DNA of 64,000 nucleotides from Pelomyxa schiedti (taxonomy: Eukaryota > Protista > Evosea): contig JAHLWZ010000197.1 in NCBI GenBank assembly GCA_020536535.1, forward strand, positions 1 through 64,000, written 5' to 3'. Shown here piece after piece: positions 52,177-64,000 of this stretch (within the stretch, counting starts at the first letter, position 1; each line of letters starts with the position of its first letter). The position numbers were made by a program, and so were the translations under genes. Under the pieces are notes generated by a model that saw only the letters and a program-made list of their open reading frames with translations, ran no database searches and was not told where the DNA came from.

Positions 52177-55100
52177 TCACGTCACAATGTAGTCTCCTTC
52201 TTCTGTGTCCTTGTGAAGCACGCGTAGTGATACACTTACAGGAAAAGGCTGTAGTTTGTTGTCTAGTAGCATGACCGGCCTCACTTTTTCCTCTTCTGCT
52301 AGCAAGGAGGAGCACTTGAAGTGGTCAATAAGTGGCACGAGACCCTGAATTCGGGCGTAGGTGATTTCACATATCTTCTCTGAATTGAAGCGTGACCAGT
52401 GCTTGTTGTTGAACTCCTTGTAGAACGGAGCTATCTTGTTTGTGCTGACCATGTTAATAAATGCGTAGCCGACATTGCATTTGTTCTGTTTCTCTCTTAG
52501 TGGAACAGGAGGAAATGGAAGGAGGATACTTTGAAATCGATTGGAAGGTAAAAGAAATCGTATACCCCAGGATGGTTGGTGTCAATTTCTTCAAGCAGCA
52601 TCTTCTGAGAGTATTTATTCGGAATGTTCTTAATCATGAGAGTTGTCCGCGTGTCTAAGGTTTCCCCATTACTATCAAAGTGCAGAGAATAACTCTGCCC
52701 GTTTTCAGTGCTCCCCTGTGTTAGAATTAGTTGGCAAACGCAGAGTAAGGAGACAAGTTACTGGTGGTCTTCCGGTTGATGAAGAATTACCGTAACTTGT
52801 GGGGCGTTCAGTCTGTTGAAAAAGTTAAGGGACAGAGAAGTCAAGAGGCAAATTGTTACATTGTCACGGTGCGTGGGATAATTTTTCACAGTGTACTGGG
52901 AAGTCCTTGGCTGCACAAAATGTGATGAATTTTGGGTAACCAAAGAAGAATAGGGAGAACCAGTGGCTCAGATTGAGTAAGACGACCATTTGGAGCTATT
53001 CGATAAAATCTTGGTGTACTAGACCGCTGCTGTGGCAACGTCTGTTGTGAGCATTGTACTCCACTGGAGGAGGTTGTGCTAGGGGTATTGTTTATTGTCA
53101 CATGTTCTTGTGGCGAAGGACTGTGCGGTGGTGGGTGAGTTTCTTGACCTGGTTGTTGTGACTGTACAATTTCAGTTTGGGGTGGGAGAGTTTGTTGGTT
53201 GTGTGAATGTTGTTGTAACTGGTCTTGCGTTAAATGCACTGTGTGATTTTGTGGTTGTGTGGGAATAGATTTTGCCAGCAGTTGTGGACTACTTCGCAAT
53301 ACTTGTGCCAATACCGGTTTCATGGGTCCAACCTGGGATTGCAGTTGGTTTTCTTGCAACGGGGGGGAGGGTACATTAGTTGATTGGGAGATGTTGTGGT
53401 GTTGTGGCTGGATGGAAAGTGGAGGGTGAGCTCGAGGTGCTTGTGCCATTTGGGAATAACTTGGTGGCACCTGTACAAGTTTGTTGTTGACACAAAACTG
53501 GGGAGGTGGTTGTCTTTTTGATGACAGTGTGTATTGCTGTTGTTGGTTGGCCATTTGGTCTCCATCTGCCTGAATTTGTTGCTGGGTGTGATACAGTGAT
53601 TTAGGGGTATAGACTGTTTGTAATAATCTGGTAGGTGCTTGTAAGTTGGTAAGTGGTGAAACAAGGGGTTTGGAGGTGGACTGAATATACTGCCTTGAGG
53701 AAATGAATGATGGAGATGTTGGGTTAACATGATGGGTCTGGTTGATAGTACTTGTTGTAGAGCCGTCTGTTTGCTGGCTGAATCGAATTGGATACGAAAA
53801 AAGAGAATCGGCTGATGTGCAGAGTACGAGATTTCTATTGTGGTGTTCCCCAAGATCTGGAACGGATGACGCAGGAGCAGCTGTCGAGTGAAAAACAGGG
53901 AAAAAAGAAGGTGAGGTTTGCTGGGGGGAGTGTATCTCTGGGTCTGAAAAGGAGAGGGGATTGAACGTGCGGCTTAGATTTGATGCTGGTGGAGGCTTTA
54001 CTGGTTGAGTGTGTGGAGTCTCAGCAATCACTGGGAAGGGCGTAAAATCGGGACCTGTTTGACATTATCTTCGACGACGAATTAGATATGCATAAACTGA
54101 CCGCCAAGGGAGAGGTTTGATTCAAGTAGTTCAGCAATTTTATTATTCCCCAGGTCACCTTGGCTGGTGGTACTCGATTCTGTATGCAGTTGGAACCACT
54201 GAATAGATAATTGAAATGATGATGTACCCAATGACTGTAGAAATTCTTCCATTGGACTCTTACCCTGCATGATAGAAACACAACAAAAAGTGGGTAAGGA
54301 AGAAAGTTGGGAAGAATCAGTGAGATGGTACCATAGGAGATGTTATTACGGATCTGGAAGGTGATTAGCACTGTAGGCAATTGAATTATGGTGTGTGGCT
54401 TCTTACTGTGTGGGAACGTCTTGGTTAATTATATTCCCAAAGAGTGCCTGCATTGAAGGATCTGTTCCCCCCTCTGTATGGATTTCAGGTGAAGAAAGAT
54501 AGCCTCGAGTTCCGGGCATAGAAGGATTCTTGGCATGGCGAGGTTCCTCGGTTGTAAAACCACCAACAGTCGGAAACGGCAAATCGCGAGAAAAAATTTT
54601 GTGAAGGCCTTCTTCCTCAGAATTCGTTTCCTCAAGGTTCCTTCCCGGAGGTAAAAGAAAGTGTGAAGAAGGCATTTCATCGTAAGTCATCACAGCTGTA
54701 GATGGAACAGATGTAGAAAGGAATTGTTGATTGTTCGAGCAGCTTCCCCAGGCAGAGGAATTAGATTGACGGGTTGGTGCAAGTAAATATGGAGGAGGGG
54801 ATAATGATGCGGGAGAGGAACTGGGGGAAGGTGTGTGGGACGAAGCAGGTGACGTGGTTGCAGAATGGGACTTCGGCACCCCCAGAGGTGGTGTGTGATA
54901 AGTTGGATGATGGTGATGCGAAGGCGGATACTGCTGAGACGGCGGGAGAATACAACAACCACTTGGAGATTGTTGGACAAGTATTGGTGACGTCTGCTGT
55001 TCGTGGTGAACCTGTGAAAGGGATTGCGTGTTTTGTTGTAGTAATTGCTGCTGTTGCTGTTGCTGTTGTTGATGCTGCTGAAAAGGAGACGGCTGCTGTG

Positions 55101-55428
55101 CTGTAGTCACAAAACTGGTCGTTAGAGACGACCTCACTCTTCTTCTCTCGGCCTGCCTTGGTTGTTGCTGTTGTTGTTGTTGAATCAACTGAGGACTACT
55201 TTGACCATGTATGTGCAGACCAGAAAAGGTGTCCACGGCACTGGAAATCGCCGGTTGCGTGATTGTGGGAGCATCAAAATTGTGTGCCGGGGGGAGCGAG
55301 AACGCCGGCGGCGCAGAAAGAGCAGCAACAGAACCGAGGCCCCAGATATCGTCGACGCAACCCTCTGTTGTATTCGGCGTAGACGTGGCACAACAAGAAG
55401 GAATATTGCCCAGAGACAACGACAGCAT
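52177..55428 (-). CDS. Mei2-like RNA-binding protein (C-terminal RRM3 only) with a long Q/S/P-rich region; start approximate
   Basis: [51 protein letters not shown]. Confidence 0.88.
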
Positions 55429-55769
55429 GGGTGTTAGTAAAGACGTCGTCGTGTCGTCAAGTGACGCAGATCCGGCCGTCAAGATCTCAAGATCTCCTCC
55501 TTCCCACCCTCCCGCAGCGACCTCCTTGCTCCCGTCGTCCTGTTGGTGTTTGCTTCCCAACGAAGAAAAAAAAAGACACACACCGTTTCACACCTCAGAC
55601 GCCAAACCGCCGCCGGCAAATTAATTACGAATTACGCGTAGCGAAAATTTGATTAAATTCTCACAAAAAAGAACAAATGGGGATGATTACTGCAGTAGGG
55701 ACAATAAAATAAGACGCGAGTCGTGACAGGACCAGCGATGTTAAAGATCTGGGGATAATCTTTGTGGAG

Positions 55770-57559
55770 ATGTTGGAGAGGCGGCACGGATCTCGCCTTT
55801 CGTTCGTTTGCTGGGTGTTTCTGGTGTGCTCGTCATTGGCTGGAGTGCAATTCGTGTACTCGGTGCAATTCGCTGTTGGTGGTCCCTTGCTTCATGACAG
55901 ATTGAAGGTAGGTGCCATTTGCCATTTTCTCTCCGTCTTGATTTTCCTGCTTTTTTTCCCCCAGGTCTCCATGTCCTCTGTTTCTTTGATCATGGGGACA
56001 GCTGGCCCACTCAGTGGATTCTTTGCTCAACCAGTTGCTGGAGCCCTCAGTGATCAGTGCTGGACTCGTTGGGGGCGCCGGAGGCCATTCATTTTAATAT
56101 CATCTGCTTTGTGTGCTTGCGGGATGCTGCTGGTGGCTTTATCCCATGACCTCGGAATGAGACTTGGTTCAATTGCTTCATTTGACACAGTTGTGAAGTA
56201 ACCTCCAAGTCCAGGTGATGTGGAGCATGGTCTGTCACCTTCTGAGCACGTCTATGGATTAATCATAGCAATTGGTGGACTTTGGGTCATGAACATATTC
56301 AATAACACCGCCCACGCTCCTGCTCGAGCCTTGGTTTCTGATATCATCCCGCAGGAAGAACAACAGGTTGATCGCCCCCACATCCAAATACGTTTCACCC
56401 ACATAACAGAAAAGTTTGCTAACTCGGCAGTTTCCTCTGTAATGGGATTCTCGGCGATATTTGCCAATGTCGTTGGGGCACAAACTTTTTCTCTGTCGAA
56501 TCCATACCGCACCACATTTTGTGTTGGAGCTGTGGCCGTTATTTGTCTTGCAATCCCAACAATCATCTTTGGGAAAGAAGAAGTCAAACAAAAAGTCGAA
56601 CCCGTCGCAGGAGGTGAAGAGGAGGAAAAATGTCGAAGAGCTCAGCTCCAATCAAGTCAGGAGGCCAGGTCTCTTATATCCGTCTTCACTACTGTATGAT
56701 CCAAGAGCTATTTAAGCTTGTGTTCATTAATGATCCATATGTCTCTGACAGATCCCGCATACGATTTTCACTCTCCCAAGAAATATGATAGTCATAGTCC
56801 TTGTTTATTTTCTCTCATGGTGTGCCTTTTCTCCCTTCCTCATTTATGGGACCAGTTTCTTTGGAGAGGTAGTACATCACTCTTCTGTCACAAAATTGAA
56901 CATTTCTCATAGAATATTTATGGAGGAGGTCCAAGCAAGATGCAGCTCTTCGAACGAGGTGTACGCATGGGAATGTATGGCTTTGCACTTCTTTCTGCCG
57001 CTCAGTGGTTATTCTCTCTTATACAACCGTCAATTGTGGCCAAACTCGGACCCGCGATTGTATACTGCTCTGCCCAAGCTTTTGCTACTGTAATACCCTC
57101 TAGTCACCCTCTTTACTCACTGTTTTCTCCCCCGTCAGTTGGGATTTGTGCTTCTGGCCGTATTGCCAGATATTGTGTGGGATCTCACGTTGCAGCTTAC
57201 CTTTGCGTATATCATTGCCACAATCTTCGGGATAAACTATGCGGTGATGAACAGTATTCCCTTCGCTACAGTCAAGTCCTTAACTGAAGCACAACACTCG
57301 GCAGGACTAAGTTTGTTTCCACTTTTCACTTCCGTTGTACCTAACAACCTTTTCTCATATTTCTCAAGTCATGGGTGTGCTCAATGCCGTATGTGTTCTA
57401 GCCCAGTCACTTGTGAACATTGTTGCTGGCCAGATAGTACACCTGCTTCACGAAGACCTATCCTACGCACTTCTCTTTGGGGGCCTATTTTCCATAGCAG
57501 CAACCGCTGGGGCACTCTTCATGAAAAGGTCGGAGGATCCTCACTACTTGCCCCTATGA
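55770..57559 (+). CDS. MFS sucrose/H+ symporter-like (SUT/SLC45) transporter
   Basis: GVQFVYSVQ, AGPLSGFFAQP, SDQCWTRWGRRRPFI, PARALVSD, GVRMG, MGVLN. Confidence 0.9.
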
Positions 57560-57754
57560 GACCCACTTTGTGATTCCGGGCCCAACTGTGATCTGTAATC
57601 TTCTCGTTCCAAAAAAGAAAAAAAAAACGGAAATTGCCCTTCATTTCGCAGTTGCAACAAAGAAATATAATAATATTTCATAAACCAGGACCATCAACAA
57701 AGGAGCCCCCGCACGTCTCGATCCCCACTCGAACCCTGCACAACATCACACATC

Positions 57755-58839
57755 ATGGAAACCGAGGACATGTCAGTCGAAGAAAGACCCGTCGCCGCCG
57801 CGCCCAAGACACCGTCGGCAACCACGCCCAAGCGCACGACGACGGCCGCGGCCAAGCCCAAAGCAACACCCACTACGGCGGCAGCGACCCCCAAGGCCGC
57901 CGCGACGACCACGCCGAAGCCCAAGCCCGCGACGACCCCAAAGGCCGCGACGACCACACCCAAGCCCGCCACGACGCCCAAGCCCGCGGCCAAGCCCGCG
58001 ACCCCAGTCGCGGCGAAGAAGGTGGCTGTGAAGAAGGAGCCCGAGCCGCAGCCAGAGGAGATCGTGCCCGAGGAGGCCCCGGCGGAGGAAGCGGAGGCGG
58101 AGGCGGCGGAGGAGGAGGAGGCAGCGCCCGAGCCCATCGCGGAGGACACTGCGGAGGCACCGGCTGCCGAGACCACATCGGCGTCGGCAGAGGTCAGCGC
58201 CCGGGGTGCGTTCACCATCGCAATTGCGCACCCTCTGGCTGGTGTCAATTTGAGCAAGAAACTGATGTCTCTTATAACTATCGGTATTGTCTTTATGCTT
58301 TTTGTTTCCTCCCCCCCCACCTGTTTGTACTTTTTAAAAAAATTTATCGACTATTAATATTTTCAAAGATATAGCTCCTAACATTACTTAGCGGCAGAGA
58401 ACCCAAACAAGAAAGAGCCAACCATTGTAAGAGGAGTACGCGATGTCACCAAGGCTATTAGAAAGGAAAAAGCTCCGCTAAGAATGTCCCACAGGTACTT
58501 CATTTATTCGGTTCCCTTCTAGTTTTTGTGTCCCGATTATTTTGTGTTACCGTCTCTTTCTTTTACCCTCGGTTATTGAGCTCATCAAACCTATTTAGAC
58601 TCTGTGTCATTGCCGGAGACATTTCACCCTTGGATGTTGTTTCCCACCTTCCTGTATACTGTGAGGATAACAACATTCCCTACATCTGGGTACGCTCTCG
58701 TGAGGACATTGGAGCAGCCTGTGGAAGCAAGAAGTCTTCTTCCTGTGTTCTTATTACAATGGTACCAACTGCTAAAGGCTTTAGCACCTTCCAGCAATGC
58801 AGGGCAAAGGTTATTGAAATGCAACCAAAGTACTCTTGA
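57755..58839 (+). CDS. NHP2: H/ACA snoRNP subunit NHP2 (L7Ae family) with a long Ala/Thr/Lys/Pro- and Glu-rich N-terminal extension
   Basis: IAHPLA..LSKKL, RGVRDVTKAIRK, IAGDISPLDVVSHLPVYCED.NIPY. Confidence 0.9.
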
Positions 58840-58958
58840 AGAAAGAATAAAAAAAAAAAGTTTTTTTTTGTGAATTTCCTTTTCTCTCTGCCTGGTTTAC
58901 AGAAGAGAAGAAAAAAGGAGGATTAGTTTTAACAAAAGGGGTGCTGGTGTGGTGTTAT

Positions 58959-61347
58959 TCAGTTGCAGTGATAGGATGGAATGCCCATGTCGTTGTGGAG
59001 TGCTTCCACGAGAATAAGAAGTACACTGAGTACGCCGTAAAGTGCTATGAGTGCAATGCCGTATTGCCGTATAAGCCGGAATCTGAAAACTGGAATGACA
59101 ATAACGTGGACTAGAATTACAAAGCCGAGCGCCACGAAGGCGATGAGAAGATTGCTGGGTAGGCAAAGATCGGTTCCACCATTGTGGGTCCTTATGGAGG
59201 AGATAAGACCCCCAACACCAACAGAGACACTCCATGCTGCAAAATATTTAGAATAAACTTACTGGGATCAAAAAGATACTTATTATGGCACTTATGAGGG
59301 TAGCTCCAACCGCCTTAAGCAACGTCAGTAAGGGGAAAGTACAACGAACGTACCATTCTAGTGATTCCATTCTTTGCTACAATGACATTTGCGATGAGGT
59401 CTATTGGGGTTGAGATTTGCATCACTTGTAAAATTTTGATTACCTATAATACAAGTTCCCCACACAATAATGGTCAGTCCAAGTATGGTGTCAGATACGC
59501 CAACAACTCCTCCAACTGACTGGAAGGCACTGTAAATCCCAATATTAAAAAAGAAGCATACCCTTATTGATGACACAAACTCCGAGGCTAGTAAATACAG
59601 CCAGATTCCTGACATCAAGAATGCTGGGAAAGCAACCACCTAGATGGAAATAGTCCGTATACAAAGACCACCAGACAAGAAATACCTTTCCATAGTACTT
59701 CTTTGTTTTTGGCATTTGGCATAAAATACACACAAATGGTGCAACAAAGATTCCGATGATAACAAGTAGAAGCCACACTGGAATTACAATGCCAACGTCA
59801 ATCTTGTAGTTATATTCTGAGGAAATGTAAGACGTGGTTCCTGTAATAGTTAAACATACGTGGCGTGCACAAGAGGATCAGGAGAGGGCAGTTGATGCAA
59901 CACATAGCTATGAAAAAGATAGACCCAAATTCGTCGAGAGACAACGGAGGAATGCTACAATGCCGAATAAATAGAGATGGTGCCAGTAAAACGTAAAATA
60001 TTTTCCCCAACAAACTTTTATCATGCCAGGAAATGGCCTGTGCTAGACTGATGGGGAGGAAGAGAAAAACTTTAAGGGTACAGTTGACAGGATTCTAATT
60101 TTTTACCGCCACAGAAATCGTTTGTAAAAAACAGTTTCAGATCCACGGAACTGTAAGGAACCTTGACAAGGTGACCACATTCCAGGTAATGTAATAGCAT
60201 ACCTGAGATGTACATATTTGGTAAATTGGGAGGACTCAACCGTTTAGAAGGTTTTCGCCCCCAGCCACGGAAACTGTAGATAAAATCCAATTCGTTCAGT
60301 GGTGGTGCATCATACGGGCTTCCCTGTATTCCGCAGGTATCTTCAGTTACATAAGTGGTGTCAAACAAGCTCCGCGGCTCTTTTTTCCTGTAGTAGTTCT
60401 GGTATATAAATCTTGACGTCACGAGAAAGGCAATAAACCTGGCCATTGAAGTTATTCTTGTTTCCAGGGAATAAAGATAACAGAGATACCGCACAATATG
60501 AAAAAGACAAGTACAATACAGCATATCCAAGTTTTAAGATAGTCGAAGTATGCAATTAAAGCCAAGCTTGTCATGCAGATCACGTAAAATATGATATCTC
60601 TGAAGAAGGGACGTCTCGAAATAGCTTGTTTTCTATGAGTTAAAGCAATGCCACCCATCACGACCATTAGAAGGAAACACCCAGCACCTGCGAAATTGTC
60701 AATAACTTTTTGGTGCGAAAGGATTGTACCAACAAGGATGTTGACTGCGAATTGGGCTTCTTTATGAGCAAAGGCTACTGTGGCAGTAAATGTTGTTGGG
60801 GCACCATTGCCGAAAGCAAGGAAAAGTACCCCCTTTGAGGGGAAAAAAAAAAGAGTCAAATGCACAGTAGAAGACATAAAAAAAAAACCGGACGGAGATG
60901 AAGACATACCCCAATGTAATTGGAAAATCCAAAGCTATTGGAGATCTGCGCAATTGACTCACAGAACCACTGGTCAGTTGTAGACAACATCATATAAGCC
61001 AGAAACAAGGCCCACGCCGAAATCAGTGGGGCACTAAGCCAGTGCATTCCGTCAAACGCGCACTGATCAGTCACGTAGTAGTCGATAAGAAAGTAGTTGT
61101 AGCACTCGAATAGTGAATTGTTTCTCGCACAAGCACATCCATCATCGCAATCATCCGCGTCTACGCACAAGCCACCAGAGGTGCTACTAATGCTGCTCAC
61201 CACGCTACTCGTATTGCTTATGCGGGTGCTGTCGTAATACGAAGAAGGCACTGCCTCCGACGAGATCTGCACAACAGCCAACACCAGCATTATAAACGAC
61301 ACTGCCCACAGCCGCCAGTTCACCGGCTGACGGCCAGATCCCGACAT
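58959..61347 (-). CDS. Cation/Ca2+ exchanger (CaCA superfamily; CCX/NCLX-like)
   Basis: alpha1 LFLAFGNGAP, RPFFRDIIFY, alpha2 TILGLTIIVWG...DLIANV. Confidence 0.88.
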
Positions 61348-61684
61348 CGCCGCCCTTGTTTGATTTCCTTTTTGTTTTTCCGATATTGCGGCGAACAACG
61401 GGAAATTTCACTTGGATCAGCCTTTCATTTCTATCAGGGTTGATCTCGCCTCCTATTGGCTGGACACGTTAAGGGTAGTTCCAAAAGATGCCAAGGAAAT
61501 TTCGAGGGGATCTTTTATGGAGATAGGGGATAAACCCTGTGGTACCTATCTCGCTGGCTTTATAAACGGTTCCAAATTGCACAACAACAATAATTAAAAA
61601 AAAAAGCTTACTCAAGCCTCGACAAGCAAAAAAAACCAAGGCCAACAACAAACAAAACAAATTAAACAACAAGCGACCAAACAA

Positions 61685-64000
61685 ATGTCAACAACCACTG
61701 AGACAACCACAACACTACCAGCTGAGGCCCCAAGCACAGTCGCACCAGGAGGCGAGCACACTGAGACCTTTGCTTTCCAGGCCGAAATCAACCAGTTGCT
61801 CAGCTTGATCATCAATACTTTCTACACCAACAAGGACATTTTCCTTCGAGAGCTCATTTCCAACTCCTCTGATGTACTTACCCTCCCCTTATCTCTTAAC
61901 TCCCTCTCCGATTGATTAGATGTTAAGAAATTACGCTAACATATAATCAAAAACCAATCAAACAAAAACACAACACCGGCTGACGATGACAACAGGCCTT
62001 GGACAAAATACGATACAAGGGACTTCAAGACAAGGCGCAGTTGGACACTGAGCCAGACCTGTGGATCAGGATCGTGCCAGACAAGGAGGCGGGGACCATC
62101 ACGATCTGGGACACTGGCGTCGGCATGACCAAGAGCGAGCTCATCAGCAACCTGGGGACCATCGCCAAGTCCGGCACCAAGTCGTTCATGGAGCAGCTCA
62201 CGCAGGGGACCGCCGACATCAGCATGATCGGCCAGTTTGGCGTCGGGTTCTACAGCTCGTACCTGGTCGCCGACAAGGTGTCGGTGGTGTCCAAGGCCAA
62301 CGAGGACGAGCAGTACTTGTGGGAGAGCAGCGCCGGCGGCGAGTTCACGATCACGCTGGACACGAGGGGCGAGCGCCTCAAGCGGGGCACCAAGGTGATC
62401 CTCAAGGTCAAGGAGGACCAGCACGACTACCTCGACGTCAAGAAGATCAAGGACATCATCAAGAAGCACTCTGAGTTCATCCAGTACCCCATCTCGGTCT
62501 ACGAGACCAAGGAGAAGGAGGAGGAGATCACCGACGACGAGGCCGAGGCCGCCGCTTCCGCTCCTGAGAAGACTGAGGAGCCGGCGGCCGCTGACAAGCC
62601 AAAGATCGAGGACATATCTGATGACAAGGCCAAGCCAGCAAAGAAGAAGAAGAAGGTCAAGTCTGTGTCCCATGAGTGGGTCCAGGTCAACAAGCAGAGG
62701 CCAATTTGGACGCGGAACCCGAGCGAGATCACCAAGGAGGAGTACGGCGCCTTCTACAAGACTATCTCGAACGACTGGGAGGAGCACCTCGCCGTCAAGC
62801 ACTTTAGCGTCGAGGGCCAGCTGGAGTTCAAGGCCATTCTGTTTGTGCCAAAGAGGGCTCCGTTTGACCTGTTTGAGTCTAAGAGGAAGCTCAACAACAT
62901 CAAGCTGTACGTGAGGAGGGTGTTTATCATGGACGACTGCAGGGAGCTTATACCAGAGTACCTCAACTTCATCAAGGGAATCGTGGACAGCGAGGACCTG
63001 CCGCTCAACATTTCCCGTGAGACGCTCCAGCAGAACAAGATTCTCAAGGTGATCAGGAAGAACTTGGTCAAGAAGTGCATTGAGCTGTTTGTGGAGCTGC
63101 AGGAGAACAAGGAGGACTACAAGAAGTTCTATGAGGCGTTCAGCAAGAATATCAAGCTGGGAATTCATGAGGACTCGCAGAACCGCGCCAAGCTGGCTGA
63201 GCTGCTCAGGTTCTACTCCACCAAGTCGCTGGACGAGATGACCACCTTTAAGGACTATGTGACCAGGATGAAGGAGGGGCAGAAGGACATCTACTACATC
63301 ACCGGAGAGAGCAAGAAGGCCGTAGAGAACTCTCCGTTCCTCGAGGGATTCAAGAAGCGCAACGTGGAAGTACTGTTCCTCACTGAGCCTATCGACGAGT
63401 ATGCCGTGCAGCAGCTCAAGGAGTTTGACGGCAAGAAGCTCATTGCAGTCACCAAAGAGGGTCTGAAGCTGGACGACCTTGACACGGAAGAGGAAAAGAG
63501 AAAGCAGGCCGAACTTGTTCAGCAGAATGAGACTCTTTGCAAGACCATTAAAGATATTCTTGGTGACAAGGTGGAGAAGGTATTTGTCAGCAACAGGTTG
63601 GTCACTTCGCCCTGCGTCCTCGTTACCGGTGAGTATGGCTGGAGTGCAAACATGGAGCGCATCATGAAGGCACAAGCTCTGCGCGACTCTTCAATGTCTA
63701 CCTACATGACTTCAAAGAAAATGTTAGAGCTGAATGTTGAGCATCCAATTATTACAGAGCTCAAGAAGCAAGCCGATGTGAGTAACTCAAACCCTAATAA
63801 CATATCTTTGCAACTTGGACTAATTCTTTCCGCAGAGGGATAAGGGTGACAAGACCGTGAAGGATCTTATCTGGTTGCTCTTTGAAACCGCTCTTCTCAC
63901 ATCTGGTTTCTCACTTGAGGACCCAACTGCGTTCGGCTCCCGCATTCACAGAATGATCAAGCTTGGGCTGTCCATTGAGGATACACCGGCACCAGAGGCA
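61685..64000 (+). CDS. HSP90: Cytosolic HSP90, copy B (3' end runs off the window); introns 61874-61995 and 63778-63835
   Basis: Highly similar protein to copy A with the same two intron positions. Confidence 0.99.

Overview
Gene-dense, intron-rich eukaryotic (protist) nuclear DNA with two 100-N scaffold gaps. It holds about 25 protein-coding genes, mostly broken by short (about 40-60 nt) spliceosomal introns, with very short intergenic spacers. The gene content (TKL kinase, STAT/SH2-like protein, CFAP52) suggests a flagellate amoebozoan such as an archamoeba/Pelomyxa-like organism; this is inference only. Recognisable genes: two cytosolic HSP90 paralogs (one at each end), RPB1 with a heptad CTD, an AAAP amino-acid permease, an RWD-Obg-family GTPase fusion, an ACAP-type ArfGAP, a C2-ankyrin-SAM-TKL kinase, PLCXD, Hip/ST13, CFAP52, an EDR2/DUF1336 protein, SAR1, RBM28/Nop4, an NHL propeller, a NudC CS protein, a Mei2-like protein, an SLC45/SUT-like MFS transporter, NHP2 and a CCX/NCLX exchanger. 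The most notable observations are: (1) an intronless, phage-like family A DNA polymerase with a degenerate exonuclease and a non-canonical motif B; (2) an apparently obligatory GA-AG intron in RPB1, plus several GC-AG introns; (3) two intronless members of an unnamed F-box-like/beta-propeller family; (4) a His7 block in the Pol II CTD; (5) a Hip protein with a Cys/Gly tail. No rRNA, tRNA, CRISPR array or clear transposon was recognised.
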